Shown here: positions 7,919 through 16,154 of the stretch, one piece after another
Numbering within the stretch: the stretch's first letter is position 1
Layout: every line of letters starts with the position of its first letter
Assembly: GCA_043819795.1 (NCBI GenBank)
Contig: JBDREN010000007.1
Location: 1 to 24,440, forward strand
DNA from: Elusimicrobiota bacterium
GTDB lineage: Bacteria; Elusimicrobiota; Elusimicrobia; UBA1565
Length of the DNA stretch: 24,440 bases
Direction of reading: 5' to 3'
Program-made: the position numbers and the translations under genes
Notes under the pieces: generated by a model
What the model saw: the letters and a program-made list of their open reading frames with translations, nothing else
The model's database searches: none
What the model was told of the DNA's origin: nothing

Positions 7919-8094
7919 GTGAGCGTCCCGTGAGCGTCCCGTGAACCTGCATCAGCTGTCCAAGGGAAGCGGAATCGCCTTAGGCTCCGTCGGCGCGTGA
8001 GCCTCCCGCGAGCCTCGCTTGAGCCTTCCAAGAACTCTCGTTGAGCTTTATTTGAGGATTCTAAGACCCGGATATGAGCGCGCCCATATATATA
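7919..8094 (+). promoter_or_regulatory. Extended 11-bp-periodic TGAG box array and AT-rich -10 region
   Basis: GTGAG 7919, GTGAG 7930, GTGAA 7941; then GTGAG 7997, GCGAG 8008, TTGAG 8019, TTGAG 8041, TTGAG 8052, ATGAG 8074 (one register); 10 bp; TATATA 8089. Confidence 0.7.
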
Positions 8095-8118
8095 TATAGC
8101 AGCAAGGAGGAGGAGTCC

Positions 8119-8307
8119 ATGAAGCCCAAAAAACGCTTGTTGATCGTAGACGATAGCCTCCCTATCCGGACGTTGGTGCAGCGCATCTTCGACGAAGGCG
8201 GGTATGAGGTCTTGACGGCCGAGGACGGGGTGCAGGGGCTCGACATGGCCCGCGCGCACATCGCTTCGATTTTTTCATGGGGTCTTCCTCTTTCCTCCCT
8301 AGGGTAG
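8119..8307 (+). pseudogene. Truncated REC response regulator
   Basis: Strong AAGGAGG RBS. MKPKKRLLIVDD...YEVLTAEDGVQGLDMARAH parallels the 4065-4475 protein, then similarity stops at ~8259, before the phosphoacceptor Asp. Confidence 0.85.
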
Positions 8308-8354
8308 CGGGGGAGGCTCACAGGAGCCTCAGGGGGTGCTCAAATTATCCTCAA
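8301..8354 (-). promoter_or_regulatory. Four-box TGAG promoter driving a deleted gene
   Basis: TTGAG 8350, TTGAG 8339, CTGAG 8328, GTGAG 8317, 10 bp, TACCCT; then GGAGG/GAGG and ATG at 8278. Similar to 24153-24206. Confidence 0.75.
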
Positions 8355-8440
8355 CTAATGGATGGCCCCGGGATTTGAGGATGCCAAGATGCGTCAATGT
8401 CACGCAAGCACTCTTTCTATATGGATGTCAGCGGCCGTCC

Positions 8441-8469
8441 TTGACTTGTCGCCGAAGCGAGGCTATATA
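8441..8469 (+). promoter_or_regulatory. Sigma70-type promoter
   Basis: TTGACT-N17-TATATA followed by CATAT, upstream of GGAGG and ATG 8508. Confidence 0.65.
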
Positions 8470-8507
8470 CATATGGATAGGGACTTGGCGGAGGTTCAGG
8501 CAAGGCC

Positions 8508-8873
8508 ATGGCCAGGATATTGATCGTAGACGACGAACGGGCGGTGGTCGATACCCTCGCCGAGTTCCTGAGCGGGAAGGGCCACGAGGTGGTCTCGGCC
8601 GGCGATCCTATCCGGGGCCTGCAGGCGGCTCGGCGGTTTGAACCCGAAATCGTCCTGCTCGACTACCACATGCCCGGCGACACCGGCGCCCACCTCTTCG
8701 AGGCCTTTCGCCGCAACCAGAAGCTCAAGGACATTCCGATCCTGTTCATGTCGGGCAGCAAGACGGAGGAAGAGTTGGCCGCCGAGGTCGCGAGCCGCGA
8801 GAAGACCGCCTACCTTATGAAGCCTGTCCGGTTCGATGACCTCGAGAGGACGATCGACGATCTCCTAGCCTAG
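8508..8873 (+). CDS. Single-domain response regulator (REC)
   Basis: ILIVDDE, PEIVLLDYHMPG, PILFMSG, YLMKPV. Confidence 0.93.
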   Translation: MARILIVDDERAVVDTLAEFLSGKGHEVVSAGDPIRGLQAARRFEPEIVLLDYHMPGDTGAHLFEAFRRNQKLKDIPILFMSGSKTEEELAAEVASREKTAYLMKPVRFDDLERTIDDLLA

Positions 8874-8905
8874 CCGCCCCCGACCGGGATCCGGTCCTTT
8901 GGAGC

Positions 8906-9598
8906 CTACTTCTCGAGCTTGTAGCCGACGCCCCGCACGGTGCTCAGGTATTTCGAGACTTTGGGGCCGAGCTTGCTGCGCAGGCGCGAGATGTGCGTCT
9001 CGACCGTGTGGGGGTCGTTGTAGTCGGCCACGTCGTAGCCCCAGACGGCTTCCAAAAGGAAGGTCGCCTTGAGCACGCGGCCCGGGTTCGCCAGGAACAG
9101 GGCCAGCAGGTCGAACTCCTTTCGGGTCAAAGTCAGTGCCTTGCCGTCGACCTTCACCTCGCGCGAAGCGGGATCGAGCTGGATGCCGTACTTCTTGACG
9201 CTCGCTTCTCCCGTCGAGGCGTGCTCGTATCGCCGAAGCACCGCGTGGATGCGCGCGAGCATGACCTTCATGGGGAAGGGCTTGATCAGGTAGTCGTCGG
9301 CCCCGCCTTCCAGCCCCGCCACCACGTCTTTTTCGTCCATCAGCTCCCCCGACATGATGATGACGGGGATGTTCCGCGTGGCCCTGTCCTTCCTCAGCAG
9401 GCGGCACAAGGTGTGGCCGTCTAGGCCGGGCATGTCCGCGTCGGTGAGGATGATGTCGGGGCGGGTCTCCTTGGCGAGCAGGCGCCCGTCGGAGCCGTCG
9501 GCCGCGGAAACGACCGAGAAGCCGTCCCGGCGCAGCTCCTTCTCGAGGGTCTTTCTCATGCTTTCGACGTCGTCGATGATGAGGATCTTCTTGGGCAT
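8906..9598 (-). CDS. OmpR/PhoB-family response regulator
   Basis: ILIIDD, ILTDADMP, GADDYLIKPF, LTRKEFDLL, VWGYDVADYNDPHTVETHISRLRSKLG, TVRGVGYK; paralog of 2378-3187. Confidence 0.96.
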   Translation of the reverse strand: MPKKILIIDDVESMRKTLEKELRRDGFSVVSAADGSDGRLLAKETRPDIILTDADMPGLDGHTLCRLLRKDRATRNIPVIIMSGELMDEKDVVAGLEGGADDYLIKPFPMKVMLARIHAVLRRYEHASTGEASVKKYGIQLDPASREVKVDGKALTLTRKEFDLLALFLANPGRVLKATFLLEAVWGYDVADYNDPHTVETHISRLRSKLGPKVSKYLSTVRGVGYKLEK

Positions 9599-9604
9599 AG
9601 ACGG

Positions 9605-9695
9605 ATTCTAGCTTCTTGCTCACGGGAACTTCAACCAAAGCGTGAGGCGCAGTTGAGGCCGTCTTGCGCCGCCGCTGAGCCTCGTCCTCCATACT
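9605..9695. promoter_or_regulatory. Divergent promoter with TGAG boxes, both sides apparently leaderless
   Basis: Plus: GTGAG 9642, TTGAG 9653, TTGCG 9664, CTGAG 9675, 10 bp, CATACT 9690, 6 nt, ATG 9702. Minus: TTGAA 9630, GTGAG 9619, TAGAAT (9610-9605), 6 nt, ATG 9598. Confidence 0.75.
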
Positions 9696-9701
9696 TGGGG
9701 T

Positions 9702-10640
9702 ATGGGAAGACGACCAGTGTCGGGGGCGATCCGGACCTTGGCGGCGGCCGGCGTCTTCCTCTGCATCCCGCCGTTGACTGCGTGGGCGGGGGGAGGCCAG
9801 AAGTCGATCGCGCGGAGCTTCCTGCGCGCGGCGAAGAAAGCCGGAGTCCGGCGCGTGGCGGTCCTGCCCTTCAGGCCCTTGGACGGCTCCAGCGCGGCCC
9901 AAGGGCGGCTTCTCGCCGAAGAGCTGACCACCCGTCTGGCGAGGGGAAGAGCCGTGAGCGTCGTGGAGCGCTCTTGGATGGACGCCCTCATGAGCGAGCA
10001 CCGCCTGGGACGCAGCGGCGTCCTGGCCGAGGAGAGCCTCACGCGCATCGGGCGTCTGCTGCAGGCCGAGGCGGTCGTCGTCGGGTCTTTCGCCGCGGTG
10101 GGGGACGCTCTGGAGCTTCACGTCCGCCTCATCGAGATAGAGACCGGAGTCGTCCTCTGCGCCCGGCGCAAGCGCGTGAAGGCGGAGCCGTTCGCCGGTG
10201 ACGGCTTCGCCTCGAGCCCGGCGTTCGTCTTTCCGGAGGAGGAGGCCGCCGCGCGTGGGCCCGGCTGGACGTTCGGGCCGCCGGCCGCCGTCGCGGAGGC
10301 CGGCTGCGAGGCGGCCGAGCGCCGCGTCAACGCTCTGGTCGGCGGCATCCTGGATCTCAAGGCCCGGTACTGGGCCGAACAGGCGCGGAAATCGGGGCTG
10401 CCCAGAGGGATTCTAAGCAGGACCGGCGCGTCGATCCCGGACCCGGTCCTGCGGGCGTGGTTTTACCGGCTCGTGACGGACGCCTTCGACCGGCGGGCTC
10501 CGTCCTTGAGCGCGACGGAGATGAAAAGGTTCATGGCGGCCGACCGCGAGGCGTTCATCCTGGGTCTTAGCTGCGTGCGGGCTTCTCCCCGGACCGCGGC
10601 CGGCGGCCGCGTCGGAAAGCGCTATGCGAGAGGACGGTGA
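9702..10640 (+). CDS. Exported FlgO/CsgG/TolB-N-like domain protein with helical C-terminal domain
   Basis: Signal-like N-terminus ending AWA; RVAVLPF...LAEELTTRL...VVERS..DALMSE...IGRLLQAEAVVVGS...VRLIEIETG is the typical FlgO/CsgG-family pattern. Confidence 0.8.
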   Translation: MGRRPVSGAIRTLAAAGVFLCIPPLTAWAGGGQKSIARSFLRAAKKAGVRRVAVLPFRPLDGSSAAQGRLLAEELTTRLARGRAVSVVERSWMDALMSEHRLGRSGVLAEESLTRIGRLLQAEAVVVGSFAAVGDALELHVRLIEIETGVVLCARRKRVKAEPFAGDGFASSPAFVFPEEEAAARGPGWTFGPPAAVAEAGCEAAERRVNALVGGILDLKARYWAEQARKSGLPRGILSRTGASIPDPVLRAWFYRLVTDAFDRRAPSLSATEMKRFMAADREAFILGLSCVRASPRTAAGGRVGKRYARGR

Positions 10641-10682
10641 TCCGGAGGGCGCCGTCCGGACGGGGCGGCGGGAGGGAGTCGA

Positions 10683-12065
10683 ATGAACGCCGATGGGATG
10701 ATCCTTGTCGTTGACGACGAGCCGAGCGTCCGGTCCTTTTGCGCGAGGGTGTTGAGCGCCTCGGGCTTCGTCGTCAAGACGGCGCAAAACGCGCACGAGG
10801 CCCTGTCCGTCCTGGAGGTCGAGACGCCGGACCTGGTGTTGAGCGATCTTTGGATGCCGTACGCATCGGACGGGCAGCGGCTGCTCGAGGAGATCAAGAG
10901 GCGGTCTCCCTCCACGGACGTGGTGATCATGACCTCGTATCCCGATGTGAGCACCGCTGTCCCGGCTTTCAAGAACGGGGCGTGCGAGTATCTGGGCAAG
11001 CCCTTCAGCGAGGACGCGCTGGGATCGGCGGTGAGGCGCCGCTTCGAGGAGCGCCGGATGTCCGCGGAGCGGCGCTGGCATGAGCGGATGCAGGAGGAGC
11101 TCTCGGCGGCCTACTCGGAGCTTGAGAAGACGGAGCGTCTCAAGGACGCGGTCTTGTCCCGGCTGAACCACGAGCTGAGGACGCCGATGGCCGTGTCGCT
11201 CATGAGCCTGGAATGCCTTTCCAAGGGGATCTCGGACGGGTGGGGGATGAAGCTCTGCGGCAAGCTGCGCTCCGGGCTCGATCGGCTGCGGGAGACGGTG
11301 GAGGACCTTCTTCTATTCAAGGACCTCCAGCGCGAGGGATCGCTCCTGCGCACCTCGCGGGTGGACGTGATACCGGTCCTCGAGAGGGCTATCGCCGCGT
11401 GCAAGCCCCTATACGACGACAAGGGGATCGCCGTCAGGTTTTCGGTCGAGGGCGAGGCGGGCGCTCTGGAGGCGGACGAAAGACTTCTGGAGACCGCGTT
11501 CAAGCACCTTCTGCTCAACGCGATCCACTTCAACCGGAAGGGCGGCGGCATAGACGTCCGCGTGGGAAGACAGCGCGACGGTCTTGCGGTTTCTTTTGCG
11601 GACACCGGGATCGGGATCCCGGAGGAGAAGCGGCTCCGGGTATTCGACGGCTTCTATCAGGCCGCGGACCATATGACGCGCAAGGTGGGCGGCTTGGGCC
11701 TGGGCCTGGCCATCGTGCGCAGGATCGTCGAGGCGCACGGCGGCGGCGTCTTCGTCGAGAGCCGCGAGGGCGAGGGCAGCGTGTTCACCGTCGCGATCCC
11801 TTTCGGGGAGCCGATGGATGGGGAGTCGGCGATCGGGGAAGGCGGGCGGGCGGCTCAAGAGGCCTCCGGAGGCGACCTCCCGGGCTGTCCGCCGTGTTCG
11901 ATTGCGGAAGCCGGATTCCGCGAGGCGGACTCGGCGCGGCGGGAAGAGCCCTATCTGCTCTTCGTGGATGACGGTATGCCCCAGGAAGGCGGCCCGTTGG
12001 AGGCGATCGTGGGGCGCGTCGGCGGACGCGGCTTCGTGTTGATGAGTCCCGGGCTCGACTTCTGA
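10683..12065 (+). CDS. Hybrid REC-histidine kinase (cytoplasmic)
   Basis: ILVVDDE, PDLVLSDLWMP, YLGKPF; LNHELRTP; LLNAIHFN, DTGIGI, GGLGLGL; about 85-aa atypical tail. Confidence 0.93.
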   Translation: MNADGMILVVDDEPSVRSFCARVLSASGFVVKTAQNAHEALSVLEVETPDLVLSDLWMPYASDGQRLLEEIKRRSPSTDVVIMTSYPDVSTAVPAFKNGACEYLGKPFSEDALGSAVRRRFEERRMSAERRWHERMQEELSAAYSELEKTERLKDAVLSRLNHELRTPMAVSLMSLECLSKGISDGWGMKLCGKLRSGLDRLRETVEDLLLFKDLQREGSLLRTSRVDVIPVLERAIAACKPLYDDKGIAVRFSVEGEAGALEADERLLETAFKHLLLNAIHFNRKGGGIDVRVGRQRDGLAVSFADTGIGIPEEKRLRVFDGFYQAADHMTRKVGGLGLGLAIVRRIVEAHGGGVFVESREGEGSVFTVAIPFGEPMDGESAIGEGGRAAQEASGGDLPGCPPCSIAEAGFREADSARREEPYLLFVDDGMPQEGGPLEAIVGRVGGRGFVLMSPGLDF

Positions 12066-12140
12066 ATTCGAGGCCGCTCGCCGCGGCGAGAGAAGCCCTT
12101 CCGGATCGGATTCCGGCCCGATCGCTGCGGCGCGCGCGGC

Positions 12141-15100
12141 CTATCCGGCTTTCGGTTCCCGCCTATGGAGCGCTTCCCACGTCATTCGCGCGAGGCTCTC
12201 GGGAGTGAAGGGCTTTTCGAGGAGAATGATGCCCGGCTCCAGCATGCCGTGATGGACGATGGCGTCTTCGGTATAGCCCGATATGTAGAGCACGCCCATG
12301 TCCGGACGCGAGGCGGCCAGGCGCTGCGCCAGCTGCTTGCCGCTCATGCGCGGCATCACCACGTCGGTCAAGAGCAGGTGTATGGGCCCGCGATACTGCT
12401 CGCTGATGCGGACAGCCTCCTCGCCGCGGCCCGCTTCGAGGACCGTATAGCCGTGCTCCTCGAGCGCGCGGCGGGCCGCCTTGCGGACTTTGTCGTCGTC
12501 CTCGACCAGGAGCACGGTCTCGCCTCCTTTCAGCTTCTCCAGCGGGACCTTCTGCGTTTCGTCGGGCGTGAGCTCGCCTTCCACGCGCGGCAGGTAGACC
12601 TTGAAGGTCGTGCCCTGCCCCGGCTCGCTGTAGACGTGGATGTAGCCCCCGCTTTGCTTGATGATGCCGTAGACGGTGGAAAGGCCGAGACCGGTGCCCT
12701 TGCCCATCTCCTTGGTGGTGAAAAACGGCTCGAAGATCCGGTCCACGGTCCGCTTGTCCATCCCGCATCCGGAGTCGGTGACGGCGAGCATGACGTACGG
12801 TCCCGGCTTCACGCCCGAATGCTCCGCGGCGAAGGCCTCATCGAGCTCCGCGGTCGAGGTCTCGATGGTGAGCATTCCGCCTTCGGGCATGGCGTCGCGG
12901 GAGTTCACGGCGAGGTTCATGATGACCTGCTCCAACTGCCCGGCATCCGCCTGGACGCGGCACGTCTCGTGCCGGAGAACGGTGGACAGCTCGATGTCCT
13001 CGCCCAGGACGCGGCGGAGCATCTTCTCCACGCACTCGATCACGCTGTTCAAGGACAATATCTTCGGCCGGAAGACCTGCTTGCGGCTGAAAGCCAGAAG
13101 CTGGCGGGTGAGCGCCGCCGCCCGCTCGCCGCAAGACCGTATCTCCTCCACGTCATCTCTGGCCGGGCTGCCGGGAGGCAAGTCCTTGAGCAAAAACGAG
13201 CAGCAGCCCAGGATGGGGGTCAAAAGGTTGTTGAAGTCGTGCGCCACTCCGCCGGCCAGCTTCCCGACGGCCTCCAGCTTCTGGGCATGCCGGAGCTGTT
13301 CCTCCGTTCGCTTGAGCGCCTCCTCCGCCTTCCTGCGCTCGGTGACGTCGCGGAAGACGCCCAGCAGGCAGCGCCTGCCCGCCAGCGTGATGGGCGTTGC
13401 GTTCACGTCCGCGAAGAAGACCGTTCCGTCCTTACTCACCACGGGTAAGTCCGGGGCCAAGGAAGACTCGCCGCTGACCTGCTTGGCGATATACGCGGCG
13501 ACGCGGGGGAGGGCGTCCTCGGGATGGATGTCCTGGACTCCCAGGCGCATGAACTCCTCGCGGGCGTATCCCAGGCGGTCGCAGATCGCCTTGTTGCAGG
13601 CGACGAAGCGATGCGTCTCGATGTCCGCGACGGCCATCCCGTCGGTCGCCCCGTCGAAGAGGGTCGTGATCCTGGCTTCGCTCTCCCGCAGCGCCTCCGA
13701 CGCATCCTTCCGCTCGGTGATATCCCTGGCGATGGTGGCCAAGGCGTATAGGGTCCCGCTTTCGTCTCTCAGGAGGGTCGAGGTCGCAAGGGCGTGGAAG
13801 GTCGTCCCGTCTTTGCGGACGTGGCCGACCTCGCCCGCATGGAACCCGAGCTCCTCGGTCTTCCTGATGGAGGGGACGACGTCCCGCTCCAGCTGCTCCG
13901 GGGTGTGGAAGGCCCTTACGTGTCGGCCGATGAGGTCGGCGGCCTTCGGGCATCCGTGCATCTTCGCCCATGATTCATTGGCGAACAAGAGATTGCCCTC
14001 CAGGTCGGCGATAGCCATGCCTTCGGAAGACTGCTCCACCATCGCCGACAGCATCCGGACCTCTTTTTGCGCCAGCATGCTCTCGGCCATCCGGCCCACA
14101 TGCCGGGCGATATCGTCGATTAGGAGCCGCTCTTCCTTGAGGAAGGGCCCCTCGTCCAGCTCCAGTCTGGTCTCCAGATAGCGGACCTCCACGCTCCCGG
14201 CCGGTTTGCCCTGTACGGCGATGTCCGACGACTGCTTCCAAGGGGTCTCCTTGAAGTTCTCGGATCGATACTCCCGACCCTGGAGGACGACGCGCGCGCA
14301 GGTTATCTCCGGATGCCGCCATCCGGAGGGAATGATGTCCGCTATCCGACGCAGCTTCTCCTCGAAGGGAAGGTCGAGATTCTCGCGCAGGACGGAAATG
14401 TCATAGAGGCACTTCGTTTCCTTGACCCGCTCGCCCAGGTCATGGGTGGACTTCCTCAGCGCCTCCTCCGTCTTCTTTCGCTCGGTGATGTCCCAAAAGA
14501 CCCCCAGGAGGCCGGTGACGTTCCCGAGTTTGTCTCTAACGGGAGTCTTTATCGTATGGACGAACATCTCCCGGCCGGCTTCGATATATTTCTCATCGAG
14601 CTCCTCCGGCCGCCCGCTGTCCATGATCCGCGTGTCATCCGCCCGGTACTTGTCCGCCCGCTCTCGCGGAAAGAAATCGTAGTCCGTGCGCCCCGCGATC
14701 TCATCCGGCGCGATGTTCAAGGCCTCGGCGTAGTTCCCGTTGCAGGAGACATACGCCGAGTCCTTGTCCTTGACAAACACCTTTTGCGGCAGGTTCTCGG
14801 CCAGGGTCCGGTATTTGTTCTCGCTCGCCCTCAGCTCCTGTTCGGCTTGCCGGTGCGCTCGACGCTCCGCCGCGTCGCGCAGCTCCCGGCCGACGGTGGG
14901 CCCGAGCCGCGCCAGGTTGTTCTTCATGATATAGTCGTTGGCTCCGGCGCGTATCATCCCGACCGCGACGTCCTCGCCGATGGTCCCGGAGACCACGATG
15001 AAGGGGACGTCCGGGTTCCACTTTCTGGCAACGGCCAGCGCCGCCGGGGCGTCGAAGCGCGGCATCTTGTAGTCGGAGAGGATGATGTCCCATTGACGCT

Positions 15101-15242
15101 CGTCGAGCGCGGTCTTCATGGCCTCGGCCGTGTTGACCCGCGTGAACGACGGCTCGTAGCCGGCGCGGCGCAGCTCCCGCAGAACCAGGCGCGCGTCGTC
15201 TTCCGTGTCCTCGACGATCAACGAGTCGAGTGGTTTGCCCAT
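12141..15242 (-). CDS. Large hybrid kinase: REC-PAS-GAF-like-PAS-PAS-HisKA-HATPase-REC (CckA-type core)
   Basis: LIVEDT...ILSDYKMP; three PAS/PAC units ending DITER/DVTER; GGVAHDFNNLL; QVIMNLAVNSRDAMP; GTGLGL; VLLVEDD...LLTDVVMP...KPF. Start at ATG 15242 with GGAGG. Confidence 0.95.
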   Translation of the reverse strand: MGKPLDSLIVEDTEDDARLVLRELRRAGYEPSFTRVNTAEAMKTALDERQWDIILSDYKMPRFDAPAALAVARKWNPDVPFIVVSGTIGEDVAVGMIRAGANDYIMKNNLARLGPTVGRELRDAAERRAHRQAEQELRASENKYRTLAENLPQKVFVKDKDSAYVSCNGNYAEALNIAPDEIAGRTDYDFFPRERADKYRADDTRIMDSGRPEELDEKYIEAGREMFVHTIKTPVRDKLGNVTGLLGVFWDITERKKTEEALRKSTHDLGERVKETKCLYDISVLRENLDLPFEEKLRRIADIIPSGWRHPEITCARVVLQGREYRSENFKETPWKQSSDIAVQGKPAGSVEVRYLETRLELDEGPFLKEERLLIDDIARHVGRMAESMLAQKEVRMLSAMVEQSSEGMAIADLEGNLLFANESWAKMHGCPKAADLIGRHVRAFHTPEQLERDVVPSIRKTEELGFHAGEVGHVRKDGTTFHALATSTLLRDESGTLYALATIARDITERKDASEALRESEARITTLFDGATDGMAVADIETHRFVACNKAICDRLGYAREEFMRLGVQDIHPEDALPRVAAYIAKQVSGESSLAPDLPVVSKDGTVFFADVNATPITLAGRRCLLGVFRDVTERRKAEEALKRTEEQLRHAQKLEAVGKLAGGVAHDFNNLLTPILGCCSFLLKDLPPGSPARDDVEEIRSCGERAAALTRQLLAFSRKQVFRPKILSLNSVIECVEKMLRRVLGEDIELSTVLRHETCRVQADAGQLEQVIMNLAVNSRDAMPEGGMLTIETSTAELDEAFAAEHSGVKPGPYVMLAVTDSGCGMDKRTVDRIFEPFFTTKEMGKGTGLGLSTVYGIIKQSGGYIHVYSEPGQGTTFKVYLPRVEGELTPDETQKVPLEKLKGGETVLLVEDDDKVRKAARRALEEHGYTVLEAGRGEEAVRISEQYRGPIHLLLTDVVMPRMSGKQLAQRLAASRPDMGVLYISGYTEDAIVHHGMLEPGIILLEKPFTPESLARMTWEALHRREPKAG

Positions 15243-15258
15243 AAGGTCGTTTCCTCCA

Positions 15259-15720
15259 TCATATCCGCCTCCTTCTCTCGGCCTTCCCCCGGCCGCCCTC
15301 ATGGGTGCGGGCTTCCTGAGGGGGGGTATGCGGGGAATCCAGGACGTTTCGTACCAGCGCGGCCAAAACGCCGGGGGAGAACGGCTTGGGAAGGAAGTTC
15401 CGGCCGGAGATGAGATTCCCGCGGTGAGAAATAGCCTCCGCCGGATAGCCGGAAGTGAAGATGACCTTGATGCCGGGCCGGGCCGACTTCACGCGGCGGG
15501 CCGGCTCCGCGCCGTGTATCCCCGGCATCACGAGGTCGGTGAGCGGAAGATGGATGATCTCTTTGTGGTCCCCGAGGATCCGGAGGGCCTCCGCGCCGCC
15601 GCCCGCCTCCAGGAGCTTGTAGCCGCGGTTTCTTATGACGCGGAGGAAGGTCTTGCGCACCGCGGAGTCGTCCTCGACGATCAAAATACGGAGCTTCTTC
15701 TCCGTTCGGGTTTCGTTCAT
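15259..15720 (-). CDS. Stand-alone REC protein resembling the C-terminal REC of CckA-type kinases (possibly decaying)
   Basis: ILIVEDD, TDLVMPG, VIFTSGY, FLPKPF; has Pro in HLPLTD and GAEPARR where the paralog has Leu. Confidence 0.85.
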   Translation of the reverse strand: MNETRTEKKLRILIVEDDSAVRKTFLRVIRNRGYKLLEAGGGAEALRILGDHKEIIHLPLTDLVMPGIHGAEPARRVKSARPGIKVIFTSGYPAEAISHRGNLISGRNFLPKPFSPGVLAALVRNVLDSPHTPPQEARTHEGGRGKAERRRRI

Positions 15721-16154
15721 TTGGGCGGACGCTCGTTGAGCAGGAGCCAGTACAGGCCAAGATGCTTCACCGCCTCCGCGAACTGGTTGAAATCCACGGG
15801 CTTGCGCACGTAGCTGTTGGCTCCCAATTCGTAGCTTTTCATGAGGTCTTCCTCCTGGGTGGAGCCGGCAAGAATGACCACCGGGAGGATCTTGGTGCGC
15901 TCGTCGGCGCGAATGCGCTTGAGGACCTCGAGGCCGTTGAGCTTCGGCAGCTTGATGTCCAGGAGGATGACCGCCGGACCACGGGAGAGGTCGCGGCCCG
16001 CGTGCTCGCCGGCGGCGAACAGGTAGTCCAGGGCCTCCGCGCCGTCGCGGGCCACATGGACTTCGTTCGTGATATTGCTCTTCTTGAGGGCTCTGACGGT
16101 CAGGGCCTCGTCGTCCGGATTATCTTCCACCAATAGGATGGCCCCGTTGGTCAT
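15717..16154 (-). CDS. Rcp1-like single-domain response regulator
   Basis: ILLVEDNPDDE, DGAEALDYL, ILLDIKLPKLNGLEVL, SYELGANSYVRKPV, LGLYWL; AAGGAGG RBS. Confidence 0.93.
   Translation of the reverse strand: MTNGAILLVEDNPDDEALTVRALKKSNITNEVHVARDGAEALDYLFAAGEHAGRDLSRGPAVILLDIKLPKLNGLEVLKRIRADERTKILPVVILAGSTQEEDLMKSYELGANSYVRKPVDFNQFAEAVKHLGLYWLLLNERPPK

Noticed and set aside
12066..12140. Intrinsic terminator between convergent kinases
   Set aside because: Only imperfect GC hairpins and no U-tract.
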